Assembly: GCA_965216785.1 (NCBI GenBank)
Contig: OZ244197.1
Coordinates: 2,656,001-2,720,000 of the forward strand
Origin: Thermodesulfobacteriota bacterium
GTDB taxonomy: Bacteria > Desulfobacterota_D > UBA1144 > Nemesobacterales > UBA2774
DNA length: 64,000 bases
Direction of reading: 5' to 3'
This document shows, piece after piece, positions 10,659-21,014 of the stretch (position 1 is the stretch's first letter; each line of letters opens with the position of its first letter). The notes beneath the pieces were generated by a model. The model ran no database searches, was not told where the DNA came from, and saw nothing but the letters and a program-made list of their open reading frames with translations. The position numbers and the translations under genes were made by a program.

Positions 10659-11991
10659 CGACGAGAAAGGGATCAGAGAATCCCTCACAATAATACTCGA
10701 GATTGAAGGGTACGATGTGCTCTCCGCCCCGAATGCGGACAAAGCGCTTGAGCTTGTAACGGAGGGCTCAAAGTTTGACTTTATTATCTGCGACATAAGG
10801 CTTCCGGGCAAAAACGGTATAGACTTCCTTAAGGACATACGGGAAAGGGGCGTCTCCTCAGTAGTTATTATGATTTCCGCATACGGCACTATCGAGACTT
10901 CGATCGAGGCCATTAAGACCGGAGCCGACGATTACATCAACAAACCTATCAACTCTGAAGAGCTCATACTAAGGATGCGTATGGCAAAGGAGAGAAAAGA
11001 GCTTCAAATAGAGAATAAGAACCTAAAAAAAGAGCTTGGCTTCATGGGAGAGTTGAAGCAAATAGTGTATTCGAGCGAGGTTATGAAAGGGGTGCTCGAG
11101 CTTTCAATGAAAGCCTCTCAGTTTAAAACGACAGTGCTGGTAACAGGCGAGAGCGGAACTGGAAAAGAGCTCATAGCTAGAACGATCCATAACGGCAGCA
11201 ATCGTAAGGACTGCCCGTTTGTAGCTGTAAACTGTGCCGCAATACCCGAGACATTAATGGAAAGCGAGCTATTCGGGTATGAAAAGGGAGCTTTCAGCGG
11301 AGCGAGCGCCGCGAAAACAGGCCTGATAGAAGAAGCTGATGGAGGAACGCTGTTTTTAGATGAGATCGGAGAAATCCCGCTATCCCTTCAGCCAAAACTT
11401 CTCAGGGTGCTTCAGGAGGAGGAATTAAGACGGCTCGGAGATACAAAAACCAGGAAAATAGACCTGAGAGTGATTGCGGCCACATCACTCGACATACAGG
11501 AGGCCGCAAAACAAGGCAGCTTCAGAGAAGACCTATTCTACAGGCTAAACGTATTCCCCATTCACATACCTCCGCTCAGGGAGCGTAAAGATGAAATCCC
11601 GCTCCTGGTAAGCCACTTCATAACAAAATACAATCAAAAACTCAACCGAAGCGTGAAAGACGTTACACCGGAAGTCATGAGCGCTATGATGCACTATGAG
11701 TGGTTCGGAAACATAAGAGAGCTTGAGAATGTGATTGAGAGGGCAATGATTCTGTCAGATACCGATCATATTATTAAAATAGAGCTTATGAACGGCGAGA
11801 GAAAGGACAATTACAGAATAGATACATGGCTCAACTCTCTTAGCTTCGAGGAAGCAAAGCAGACGATTGAGCGCAAGTACATCGAGAGGGCTCTCTCTGA
11901 AACCGGGGGTAACCGCACTAAAGCTGCCAAAATACTCGGAATCAGTAGACGCTCCCTCATCTATAAGCTTAAAGAATATCAGGAGCATTGA
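10630..11991 (+). CDS. Sigma-54-dependent response regulator (PilR/NtrC family)
   Basis: Receiver domain, GESGTGKE, GAFSGA loop, FLDEIGE, C-terminal Fis-type HTH. Confidence 0.92.
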   Translation: MTKQKILVVDDEKGIRESLTIILEIEGYDVLSAPNADKALELVTEGSKFDFIICDIRLPGKNGIDFLKDIRERGVSSVVIMISAYGTIETSIEAIKTGADDYINKPINSEELILRMRMAKERKELQIENKNLKKELGFMGELKQIVYSSEVMKGVLELSMKASQFKTTVLVTGESGTGKELIARTIHNGSNRKDCPFVAVNCAAIPETLMESELFGYEKGAFSGASAAKTGLIEEADGGTLFLDEIGEIPLSLQPKLLRVLQEEELRRLGDTKTRKIDLRVIAATSLDIQEAAKQGSFREDLFYRLNVFPIHIPPLRERKDEIPLLVSHFITKYNQKLNRSVKDVTPEVMSAMMHYEWFGNIRELENVIERAMILSDTDHIIKIELMNGERKDNYRIDTWLNSLSFEEAKQTIERKYIERALSETGGNRTKAAKILGISRRSLIYKLKEYQEH

Positions 11992-12155
11992 TCTCTGGTA
12001 ACAATCCCCGTAGTGGTTACAGCGGAAGTGTTCTTATCAATTTTATTCACCTTTTCCCTTCGTGCACATTCGTGTTAATCCGTGGTTAAATAGCTCTGTT
12101 GCCCTTTAGTACTAGATACTATCCCAACCCCGGTTCTCATGGTTTAATTACTGTC

Positions 12156-13577
12156 ATGCGAAAACGTGTCGTAATCGTGGGCGGAGGCCTGGCCGGACTT
12201 TGCGCAGCCCACAGGATCGTCGAGCTCCGGAGAGAGAAAAACCTCGACCTGGAAATCTTATTGCTTGAAGCGGGCCAAAGAGCAGGCGGCGTAATACATA
12301 CGATAGAAAAAGAGGAGTGTTTGATTGAGCTTGGCCCCGATTCATTTATTACGACAAAGCCCTGGGCTCTTGAGCTGTCTAAAAGACTTGGGCTAACCAC
12401 TGAGCTTATCGGGACCGAGGAAGGTAAGAGACGCTCGTTTGTCTTAAGAAACAGAAAGCTAGTACCGCTCCCGGAAGGTTTTCATATGCTTGCCCCGGGC
12501 AGCGTCATATCGTTCCTAAAAACACCGTTATTCTCATGGAGCGGCAAAGTAAGAATGCTCATGGACCTCATAATCCCCAAAAAGCGTGTAGAAGACGAGA
12601 GTCTCGCGTCGTTTGTAAGGAGAAGGCTTGGCGATGAGGCATTTGAGCGCGCGGCTCAGCCCATGGTAGGCGGCGTTTACACGGCAGACCCAGAGACCCT
12701 CAGCTTGCGTGCCACCATGCCCCAGTTTATCGAGATGGAAGAGAGGTATGGAAGCGTAATAAAGGGTATTTTCAGCGCCCAGCGGAAAAACGCTAAAGAG
12801 AAAAGAGACAGCGGCGCCCGCTACAGTATGTTTCTAAGCTTCAAGAACGGACTCAGGACTCTTATAGAAGCGATTATAGAAAAACTTCCCGAACACTCTT
12901 TAAAACTAAACCGAAGAGTAGAGCGGATCGAGCGCGCCGAAAAGGGTTTTCAGGTCATCACAACTGAGGGCGCAGAAAAAGCGGACGGAGTTATAGTAAC
13001 AACCCCGACTTACATAGCGCAAGAGCTCCTGGAAGGTTTGGATCCGGCTCTGGCAAAAGAGCTCGGGGAAATTGAATACGCCTCCTCTGCAATTCTGGTA
13101 TCGGTATACAAAAGAGAAGATATAGCCGATAAAATGGACGGATTCGGGTTCGTCGTACCATCTACTGAAAACAGCCCCCTACTTGCCTGCTCATACTCAA
13201 GTGTGAAATTCTCCGGGCGTGCTCCCGAAGGGCAAATAATTTTACGCTCATTCGTGGGCGGAGCGCTCGACCCTGACATTTTAGAGCTTTCGGAGCAGGA
13301 AATAACTAAAACTATTAACAATGAATTACATTCTATACTTGGTATTTCGGCAGAGCCCCTATTCTCGATACTGCAAAGATACCCACGTGCCATGCCTCAA
13401 TATAAAATTGGCCACCTGGATACTGTTCAGAGAATTGAAAAGCGGGTAAAAGAGCTTCCCGGCTTAGAGATCGCGGGAATCGCTTACAGGGGAGTTGGAA
13501 TACCTGACTGCGTACATTCCGGTGAAAAGGCTGCGGAATCGCTTATAGGTACTTTATACAATAATAACAGCAAGTAA
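12156..13577 (+). CDS. hemY: Protoporphyrinogen/coproporphyrinogen oxidase, HemY family
   Basis: GGGLAGLCAA, ELGPDSF, AMPQYKIGH, GVGIPDCV; probable ATG start at 12156. Confidence 0.92.
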   Translation: MRKRVVIVGGGLAGLCAAHRIVELRREKNLDLEILLLEAGQRAGGVIHTIEKEECLIELGPDSFITTKPWALELSKRLGLTTELIGTEEGKRRSFVLRNRKLVPLPEGFHMLAPGSVISFLKTPLFSWSGKVRMLMDLIIPKKRVEDESLASFVRRRLGDEAFERAAQPMVGGVYTADPETLSLRATMPQFIEMEERYGSVIKGIFSAQRKNAKEKRDSGARYSMFLSFKNGLRTLIEAIIEKLPEHSLKLNRRVERIERAEKGFQVITTEGAEKADGVIVTTPTYIAQELLEGLDPALAKELGEIEYASSAILVSVYKREDIADKMDGFGFVVPSTENSPLLACSYSSVKFSGRAPEGQIILRSFVGGALDPDILELSEQEITKTINNELHSILGISAEPLFSILQRYPRAMPQYKIGHLDTVQRIEKRVKELPGLEIAGIAYRGVGIPDCVHSGEKAAESLIGTLYNNNSK

Positions 13578-13584
13578 CATAGCA

Positions 13585-14166
13585 CTACTCATGTTGTGCT
13601 TCAAGTCTTTTCCTTCTCGTAATCCAGCCGTAGATCTTCCTTATCGAGAAGAATATTAGCACTATGACAGCAACCGCGGCGACTGCGGGCATAGCAATCG
13701 CAAGTATCGACATAACTATGGAGCTTCCCGCTTCAGCGGTTGATACAACCGGGTTTCCAATCCCTCCGGTTGTTACGGTAGAAGCAACCCTTGTTATGCT
13801 CGTAAATCCCTGAACCGTGCCGGCAACGCCTCCCCCAACTATCACGGCAAGCGCCCATTTCAAAAGCGGAGTCATTTCTGTAACAGCCGAGGCCATCACT
13901 ATGGTTCCAGCAACCGTAGCCGCGGGAACCGCTATAGTATCAAGCAGGTTATCGAGCCATGGGATGTAGTAGGCGGCGACCTCACATATCGTAGCTATGG
14001 CAAAAGCGGCTAAGGCGGGATAAGTGGCTATCCACTCAAATTCAGGCGAGAGTGTAAGGGAGCCCGAGAGCGATGCAATACTCATTATTAGGAGCGGAAC
14101 GAATATTCTGAACCCGCACGCTGCTGCAAGCCCTACCCCGAGAAATACTCCAAGCATAGTCTCCAT
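13585..14166 (-). CDS. DUF4126 family membrane protein
   Basis: GVGLAAACGFRIFVPLL, YYIPWLDNLLD, GNPVVSTAE. Confidence 0.85.
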   Translation of the reverse strand: METMLGVFLGVGLAAACGFRIFVPLLIMSIASLSGSLTLSPEFEWIATYPALAAFAIATICEVAAYYIPWLDNLLDTIAVPAATVAGTIVMASAVTEMTPLLKWALAVIVGGGVAGTVQGFTSITRVASTVTTGGIGNPVVSTAEAGSSIVMSILAIAMPAVAAVAVIVLIFFSIRKIYGWITRRKRLEAQHE

Positions 14167-14302
14167 ACACTTTACCTCCGTATGATTCAGGACATATAAA
14201 ACTCCCCGTTATTTCAATAAATAGTATATGAAGGGGCATTCTCAATATCAAGCTCTAATTCGGAAGGCATGCCGATGATACAGAACTAGACGGGACGGGT
14301 GT

Positions 14303-14731
14303 CTATTTCCCCTTCTTCTCTACACTCTCAACTTTTATATTATAATAGAGCTCTTTACCGGCGAGCGGGTGGTTATAATTAATCGTTACATTCTCCTGGG
14401 TCACTTCCATAACATAACAGTTACCGTGAGGAGTCTGTAGAATTTGCCCTTTTTCAGGTGTGAGTTCCACTCCATCGAATACCTGAGCCTCAATTACTTG
14501 TATCAGCTCTGGGTTCTCATGACCGTAACCCTCTTCAGGCGGAATCTTAAACTTCTTCTCGTCCCCCTCTTTCATACCCATAAGCTCTTTCTCTAGACCG
14601 CTCACTAATTCACCTTCACCAATTACACCCGTAAACGGGTCCTGCTCAAAAGTGTGAAAGGTTGAGCCGTCCTCAAGCCTTCCCTCAAAATTCAGTGTAA
14701 CCTTATCGCCAGTCTCAATAGCGTCACTCAT
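14303..14731 (-). CDS. slyD: FKBP-type peptidyl-prolyl isomerase, SlyD-like (no His-rich tail)
   Basis: GDKVTLNFEGRLEDG, PPEEGYG, NYNHPLAGKEL; GGAGG before ATG at 14731. Confidence 0.85.
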   Translation of the reverse strand: MSDAIETGDKVTLNFEGRLEDGSTFHTFEQDPFTGVIGEGELVSGLEKELMGMKEGDEKKFKIPPEEGYGHENPELIQVIEAQVFDGVELTPEKGQILQTPHGNCYVMEVTQENVTINYNHPLAGKELYYNIKVESVEKKGK

Positions 14732-14883
14732 CTGGAGACCTCCTGTTGTATTCAAAACGCTTCGTATGATAACATTAAGCTTGTAAAATTTCGAGCCATT
14801 AATGAAAATATAGAAAATATATATCTATTCAAACCTGGTATAATTAATTCTCTGAATAAATACTCAATAGGGAGGATTTAGCT

Positions 14884-15645
14884 ATGAAGCTTGAAAACAA
14901 AGTAGCGCTAATCACGGGAGGAAGCCTCGGGCTCGGTAAGGCCACGGCTTTCTTATTCGCCCAGGAAGGAGCCAAAGTCATTATTACCGGAAGGACAGAA
15001 AGTAAACTCCAGGAAACAGTTGAGGAAGCAAAACAGCAAGGGCTAGAGATTGATTATTTGGTCGGAGACGTATCAGATGAGCAGAGGACTATAGAAACCG
15101 TTAAGCACATTATAGATAAGTACGGTAAAATCGACATTCTATTTAATAACGCGGGCGTGCTTTATCTCGGCACTACTCACGAGACCGATACCGAGATATG
15201 GGATAAAACATTCGCGATTAACGTAAGAGGCACTTACTTAATGTCTAAGCATGTGATCCCTCATATGCTGGAAAAAGGTTACGGCGTAATCATAAACAAC
15301 TCCTCGATTCTCGGACTTAAGGCAGTGCCTGGCGTAGCTGCATACAACGCCACAAAGGGCGCCGTAACACAGCTTACTCGAAGCACTGCGCTTGAGTACG
15401 CGGACAAGGGTATCCGTGTAAACGCCATCTGCCCGGGAACAATCGTAACGCCCATGGTCGACGGCTTGCTGGACGCTATGCCGGATAGAGACGGGGCAGA
15501 AGAGCTCTTCAAGTCATTCCACCCAATTGGACGATTTGGAACCCCTGACGAAATCGCGCATGCGGTACTTTTCCTCTGCGATGACAACGTGGCGTTTATG
15601 ACAGGAACCATGCTATCGGTAGACGGCGGCTGGGTTGCCAGATAG
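14884..15645 (+). CDS. Short-chain dehydrogenase/reductase
   Basis: TGGSLGLG, NNAG, YNATK, IRVNAICPG. Confidence 0.92.
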   Translation: MKLENKVALITGGSLGLGKATAFLFAQEGAKVIITGRTESKLQETVEEAKQQGLEIDYLVGDVSDEQRTIETVKHIIDKYGKIDILFNNAGVLYLGTTHETDTEIWDKTFAINVRGTYLMSKHVIPHMLEKGYGVIINNSSILGLKAVPGVAAYNATKGAVTQLTRSTALEYADKGIRVNAICPGTIVTPMVDGLLDAMPDRDGAEELFKSFHPIGRFGTPDEIAHAVLFLCDDNVAFMTGTMLSVDGGWVAR

Positions 15646-15792
15646 CTTGATAAAAGATTTGCGTCCTTGATTAAGTGCCCGCTTAAGCTTCATCACGGAA
15701 ACAATTTTCACCCGCGACTGGACAATTGTATCCGTTTGTAGGTATATATATTGAGAATCAGAAAACATGGATTTTTAGAGGAGAATGGAAAA

Positions 15793-16116
15793 ATGAGATT
15801 TATTACAACACTGACTCTTGCTTTAGTAATGTCGCTTAGCCTGCTCACTGTAAGCAGCCACGCAAAGAACTACTTTCCGCTAACGCCCTCTCAAAAGCAC
15901 TTCACCGCCATCATAGTACAGCTAAAGACCTTCAGGTCTGTTGAGTGGGAATCCCCCGTGTCTATGTGGGTGCGAATACCCTCAAGCCAAAGGAGCCGCG
16001 CCCAGGAGCTCGCCAACACGATTGAGGACAGAGCAAGAGACGCCCTCAAACAGCCCTTCTGTGTTCACATCTACGTTAAGAAAGGCGAAACCGCAGCCCG
16101 CTCCTGCGTTTATTAA
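15793..16116 (+). CDS. Hypothetical secreted protein
   Basis: Signal peptide MRFITTLTLALVMSLSLLTVSSHA; no recognisable motif. Confidence 0.65.
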   Translation: MRFITTLTLALVMSLSLLTVSSHAKNYFPLTPSQKHFTAIIVQLKTFRSVEWESPVSMWVRIPSSQRSRAQELANTIEDRARDALKQPFCVHIYVKKGETAARSCVY

Positions 16117-16266
16117 GATTTCCACAAAGATACCGCTGAAGAGTTGTCAATCTGAGCAGAGCGAAGAATCTCAGCCCGGATAGCAATACTCATTGAAATC
16201 CCGGCGGATTATATTATCCTAATCTACCTATAAAATTTTGATGCCATCTTTTGCAAGCGAAAATAA

Positions 16267-16341
16267 GCCGACGTAGCTCAGCGGTAGAGCAGCTCACTCG
16301 TAATGAGCAGGTCATCGGTTCAATTCCGATCGTCGGCTCCA
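16267..16341 (+). tRNA. tRNA-Thr (anticodon CGT); serves as integration site
   Basis: Cloverleaf: acceptor GCCGACG/CGTCGGC, D arm GCTC/GAGC, anticodon arm GCTCA-CTCGTAA-TGAGC, T arm ATCGG-TTCAATT-CCGAT, encoded CCA. Confidence 0.97.
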
Positions 16342-16460
16342 ATGTTTACTGATAGTTACATCACTATTAGGTACTGGATAATTACCAGTGTCTTCTCCCT
16401 GTCTAACCACTACACTTTAATTTATGTCTACTGTGAATCTTACGCAGGAGGCAAAGACTA

Positions 16461-17501
16461 ATGGCTTCATTAGTATTCAAACATAATAGTTACTATGCTG
16501 TATTCAGTGTTAATAAGAGGAAGAAGTGGATAAGAATCGGTAAGGTTAGTAAACCAGAAGCGAAGAAAATTCTTAAACAACTGGAAGCTGAACATCTAAA
16601 AGGGAAATTGGGATTAGTAGAAAATAAGCAAATCCTACTGGATGATTTTCTAAATGAATATCTAGCCCACTCTAAAACGAATAAAGCCCCAAATACTTAT
16701 AGGCTGGAAAAAGGAATAGCTAAAACTATTAGATCACATTTCGGTAATATTCTTTTAACAACAATTGATAACCGCGGGCTAGATACTTATAAAGCAAGCA
16801 GAGTAAATAAAGGGTTAAAACCTTCAAGCATTAATAGAGAAATAATGGCTATTAAATATATGCTAAGGAAAGCTTATGATTGGAAGTATATTGAGCATAT
16901 ACCTAATATTAAGTTATTAAAGATTCCCAATAGACCTGTTCAATTTTTATCAGTGGATGAAATTGACAGTCTAATTAACCATTCGAGCATATGGTTAAAG
17001 CCAATAATAATGGTATTGCGTAATACTGGTATGAGGATAGGCGAGCTACTCAACTTACGCTTTAATGATATAGATTTAGCTAGAGGATATATAACTGTTA
17101 GAAGCCCGAAAACTAATAATTATAGAATAGTTCCTATTAACAATGAGCTTAGCACCCTACTCCATTGGCTTACTAATAATTATATAGCCCCGAAGGGTTT
17201 AACTGTTAAGCCTCGATCCAACTTACATAAGGAATATTTGTTTTGTCATTCAGATGGAACTAGAATTAAGAGCATTAAGACTAGTTTTAATAAAGCATGT
17301 AAAAGAGCAGGTATTAAAGCCACTGTACATATGCTTAGACACAGCTTCGCTTCATATTTAGTAATGAATGGGGTGGATTTAGTATCGGTTAAAGAGTTAT
17401 TAGGCCATACAAGTATTAATACAACAATGATTTATTCACATATATCTAATGAGCATAAGAATAATTCAGTTTCTAGGTTGCCATGGTTGAACAACTATTA
17501 A
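16461..17501 (+). CDS. Tyrosine recombinase / phage integrase
   Basis: TGMRIGELLNL (R), PKT (K), HMLRHSFAS (HxxR), LLGHTSINTTMIY (H, Y); N-terminal arm-binding-like region. Confidence 0.96.
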   Translation: MASLVFKHNSYYAVFSVNKRKKWIRIGKVSKPEAKKILKQLEAEHLKGKLGLVENKQILLDDFLNEYLAHSKTNKAPNTYRLEKGIAKTIRSHFGNILLTTIDNRGLDTYKASRVNKGLKPSSINREIMAIKYMLRKAYDWKYIEHIPNIKLLKIPNRPVQFLSVDEIDSLINHSSIWLKPIIMVLRNTGMRIGELLNLRFNDIDLARGYITVRSPKTNNYRIVPINNELSTLLHWLTNNYIAPKGLTVKPRSNLHKEYLFCHSDGTRIKSIKTSFNKACKRAGIKATVHMLRHSFASYLVMNGVDLVSVKELLGHTSINTTMIYSHISNEHKNNSVSRLPWLNNY

Positions 17502-17514
17502 TTCATTTAGATTG

Positions 17515-18222
17515 TTAGTGGCATAGATCCTTTATTGCATCATAGGCTAGGAATAAGCCTAATTCCCCAGCTTTAGATAGGTCTAAGCACCCGGAGTCTA
17601 TTTGACCAATAGCTAATTTAGACATGCCTCTTCCCATATATCCTTTAGCATCCTTAGAATTTAACTGTATAACTTTGTTGAAGTCTACAATACTACCTCT
17701 ATAGTCTCTTAATTCAGATTTGGCAAGCCCCCTTATCAAATAAGTGTAAGAATCATTAGGCTCCAATTCAATACATTTACCAAAATCCTTCATAGCTTCA
17801 TCATAAAAACCCAATTTAATTTTTACACTACCCCTATTTGTATATGCATGACAATTATTAGGGTTAATTTCAAGAGCTTTATCATAATCTAGCATAGCCC
17901 CACTATAGTCACCTAATCTAGACATTGCACCACCTCTAGAGGCGTATGCACTAGAATCGTTTGGGTTTAACTCTATTACTTTACTGTAGTCTGCTATTGC
18001 ACCACGATAGTCACCCAGCTGATATTTAGAACTACCCCTACCGCTGTATGCATCAGTATCGTTAGGTTTAAGCTGTATAACATTACTGTAATCTATTATT
18101 GCACCTTTGAAGTCTTTATTACCAAATTTAATAAAGGCATTGAATCTGTAGTCTTCAACGTTTTGAGCTATGGCGAAATTAGTGAACAAGGTTAAAATAC
18201 ATATAATTACAGCTACTTTCAT
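17515..18222 (-). CDS. Secreted tetratricopeptide repeat protein
   Basis: Signal peptide; repeated GDYRGAIADYSKVIELNPN units; probable start at 18222. Confidence 0.88.
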   Translation of the reverse strand: MKVAVIICILTLFTNFAIAQNVEDYRFNAFIKFGNKDFKGAIIDYSNVIQLKPNDTDAYSGRGSSKYQLGDYRGAIADYSKVIELNPNDSSAYASRGGAMSRLGDYSGAMLDYDKALEINPNNCHAYTNRGSVKIKLGFYDEAMKDFGKCIELEPNDSYTYLIRGLAKSELRDYRGSIVDFNKVIQLNSKDAKGYMGRGMSKLAIGQIDSGCLDLSKAGELGLFLAYDAIKDLCH

Positions 18223-18289
18223 AATTGCTTTATAATAACACATAGATCATGGTAATATAAAGTTGTCATTGACTAAAAGGATAGTATTT

Positions 18290-18607
18290 ATGAAATCATC
18301 TAAATCTATTGCTTTACTAGCCATGTTTGGCTTTTTATTAATATGCATAGGTTGTGCATCACACGAAACAGAAAATATGTTGAACGCTGGATTAGGAAAT
18401 ATGACATATGAGAATTCTTTGCAAATGTTTGGAGCTCCGTATATGTGTGCCGAGGAAGGTAGAACCAAAACATGTACTTGGATATATGGAAGTAGCAAAT
18501 TTGGTTGTGTCGGTAAAGTTTGTGGCACCGTCGACCCACCGACAGCTTATCTAACTTTTGTAAATGGCGTATTAAGTAATTGGCGATTGACCGGTAAATG
18601 GAAGTAA
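18290..18607 (+). CDS. Putative small lipoprotein
   Basis: MKSSKSIALLAMFGFLLICIG-C lipobox-like signal; Cys-rich mature part; C-terminal LTFVNGVLSNW. Confidence 0.65.
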   Translation: MKSSKSIALLAMFGFLLICIGCASHETENMLNAGLGNMTYENSLQMFGAPYMCAEEGRTKTCTWIYGSSKFGCVGKVCGTVDPPTAYLTFVNGVLSNWRLTGKWK

Positions 18608-18678
18608 AATTATCATACAACCTGTTGATAATCAGATTAATAATATTCGTATTGCTACCTAATAATTTCAGCTAATGG

Positions 18679-19500
18679 TTATTGACATAATATGTTTATA
18701 TTATTATATGCTTGAAAATACCCCATTTCACCTGCTTTAGATAGGTCTAAACATCCAGATTCTTTTTGACCTAGTAATATTTTAGCAATTCCCCTGTAAT
18801 TATATGCTTGAGCATCATTGGGAGTAAGTTCAATGACTTTGTTATAATCTACTATCGCACCACGATAATCGGCTTGTCGATATTTAAAACTACCCCTGTT
18901 GTAATATGCTTGAGCATCATTGGGAGTAAGTTCAATGACTTTGTTATAGTCAATCAATGCACCTCTATGATCACCCAATACAATCTTAGTATTAGCCCTG
19001 TTACCATATATTTCAGCGATATTCGGGTCTAGCTCTATAGCCTTGTTATAGTCAATCAATGCACCTCTATAATCACCCAGATTGAACTTCGCATTTCCTC
19101 TGAAATAGTATGCCCTTGTGAAAACAGAGTCTAATAGAATAGCCTTGTTAAAGTCTTGTATCGCTCCTCTATAATCATCCAGGCGGATTTTAGCTTCACC
19201 CCTCTGAAGATACCCATCAGGAATACCAGGGTTTAACTCAATAGCCTTATTGTAATCTTTTATAGCACCTCTATAGTCACCCAGCATACTCTTAGCTAAA
19301 CCCCTGCCCCCGTATGCTGAATACGCAACAGGCCCATTAATCTTTGTTAACTCTATAGCTTTATTAAATTGTTCTATGGCACCTGTATAATCACCTTTTT
19401 CAACATTTTCTATTCCAGCATTAAAAAAATCCTTTGCTGTTTGCGCCAGAATTAAGTTTGGAATCATAACAAGTAAAAAAATAAGACCTATTATTTTCAT
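18679..19500 (-). CDS. Secreted tetratricopeptide repeat protein (paralogue of 17515-18222)
   Basis: Signal peptide, TPR units, shared C-terminus GCLDLSKAGE(L/M)G. Confidence 0.88.
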   Translation of the reverse strand: MKIIGLIFLLVMIPNLILAQTAKDFFNAGIENVEKGDYTGAIEQFNKAIELTKINGPVAYSAYGGRGLAKSMLGDYRGAIKDYNKAIELNPGIPDGYLQRGEAKIRLDDYRGAIQDFNKAILLDSVFTRAYYFRGNAKFNLGDYRGALIDYNKAIELDPNIAEIYGNRANTKIVLGDHRGALIDYNKVIELTPNDAQAYYNRGSFKYRQADYRGAIVDYNKVIELTPNDAQAYNYRGIAKILLGQKESGCLDLSKAGEMGYFQAYNNINILCQ

Positions 19501-19581
19501 AGTTACCTAACTTTCCCTAATAATCACAATAAAATAGACCGTATTATTTATCAAGTAGCTTTTTAATCTAAAGCTAATAGC

Positions 19582-20592
19582 CTAGTTTGTCATAAATAAA
19601 AACTTATCTTCATCATAACCAGAAGAATAATATTCAAATTGCTCTCTAATCATTTCAGCCAAGTGATTAAATATCGATTCATCCTGTACAAGTTTTACAA
19701 ATTCTGAGTAGCTAGGCCTTTTATAAAATGTTTTCCTCTTAACAGCTTCCTCTAGTATGTTGTCAAAATGAATACATTTCATTAGCCACTCCATAGTATC
19801 TTTAAGAGCCAGCCATAAGGGAACATTTCTCTCTAGTTCAATAAATAGACTTTTTAGTACCTTCTCCTTTTTACTCAGTTTTATCACATCAGCTCCTACT
19901 CCGAGACTTATATATTTATATAACGTCTTAAAATCACCTCTCACATAAGCTTCAAGCATAAATAGAAGTAGTTCATTAAAGCACGGTTCTATTACATTAG
20001 CCACTCTTTCTAAATGGATTTTAATATCATTACCGCCTTTATTTAACCGTTTCTCTCCCAATATATACTTAGAATTTGTAAAGTTTATTACTGAGAAAAA
20101 TTCAAGGTTATCTGTATATATCACATATAAGAATACGCCCTTACCTGTAGTCCCATTGGCTTCTTTGGCCCTATTTAAATCTAATAAATACTCACTATAG
20201 TCATACTCAACTGGGTTTATATTCAACTCTTTATCTTTCCACACCCCACATCTATCGATATACGAATAATTCTTAGTGCTATTTTCAATATTAAAGTGAT
20301 CGCCAGTCAAATATTTCTTAATGGATTCCCTATGAGCCTTACTGAATTTGTATGGGGTACTATCATCTAAATTATCGATACGTTTTAGCTCCTGTATACC
20401 GTGATGAACACAATATTTCCCCAGTATTAATCTATCTATATCATAGTCGTACCAACCCTTCGGATACCTGATATTAGGTTGTCTATTTATTGTTTTCACT
20501 AAGACATCATAATTGTCATTGTAAATACAACGGGTATAAAGCTGAAAGTTGTTAAACATCTCCGGATTTCTTAGATTAGCTGTTTCTGTCAT
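19582..20592 (-). CDS. Hypothetical protein of the integrative element
   Basis: 336-aa ORF in AT-rich DNA with an AAGGGAG RBS; no recognisable motif. Confidence 0.7.
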   Translation of the reverse strand: MTETANLRNPEMFNNFQLYTRCIYNDNYDVLVKTINRQPNIRYPKGWYDYDIDRLILGKYCVHHGIQELKRIDNLDDSTPYKFSKAHRESIKKYLTGDHFNIENSTKNYSYIDRCGVWKDKELNINPVEYDYSEYLLDLNRAKEANGTTGKGVFLYVIYTDNLEFFSVINFTNSKYILGEKRLNKGGNDIKIHLERVANVIEPCFNELLLFMLEAYVRGDFKTLYKYISLGVGADVIKLSKKEKVLKSLFIELERNVPLWLALKDTMEWLMKCIHFDNILEEAVKRKTFYKRPSYSEFVKLVQDESIFNHLAEMIREQFEYYSSGYDEDKFLFMTN

Positions 20593-20723
20593 TTTTATCT
20601 CCCTTCTTAAAACTTATTTGCCTTATATATTTTCATGTAGTGTTGATAGAATTAGAATTCGTATAATGCTGGAGCTATACCTATCTATCAACTGTCTATT
20701 TTATTTCTAGAAGCACGGTAGCA

Positions 20724-20990
20724 CTACATTAGATCACGCTCAGAATGGATTTTAATCATTCGTTCACGGGCTAATTCTCTCTGTTTAGTTGATACCTTCT
20801 TTGGAGGGCTAATTTTAACCCAGTTCTTAGGTACTATGTAAACCTCATAATCGGCCTGCTTATGACTCGGCTCCACGCCTAATTTCTTCATTCTGGTTTT
20901 AACCCGTCTTTGTCTGGTAGTTATGCTTGCGGTATCTTCTGCATCGTTAAAATTAATAACTGTCTCGGTTTCTAGTTTAGTTAGACTCAT
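20724..20990 (-). CDS. Small basic hypothetical protein of phage/ICE type
   Basis: ETVINFN...Y.VPKNWVKISPPK...QRELARER pattern recalled from mobile-element hypotheticals; GAGG RBS. Confidence 0.65.
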   Translation of the reverse strand: MSLTKLETETVINFNDAEDTASITTRQRRVKTRMKKLGVEPSHKQADYEVYIVPKNWVKISPPKKVSTKQRELARERMIKIHSERDLM

Positions 20991-21014
20991 TATCCTCTAC
21001 ATTCCTCCTATATC

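Noticed and set aside
12058-12090. Short TTCGTG/TCCGTG periodic repeat, and the TGTCAATCTGAGCAGAGCGAAGAATCTC stretch near 16145
   Set aside because: They look like single degenerate REP-type intergenic repeats; one copy each in the window is not enough to support a call.
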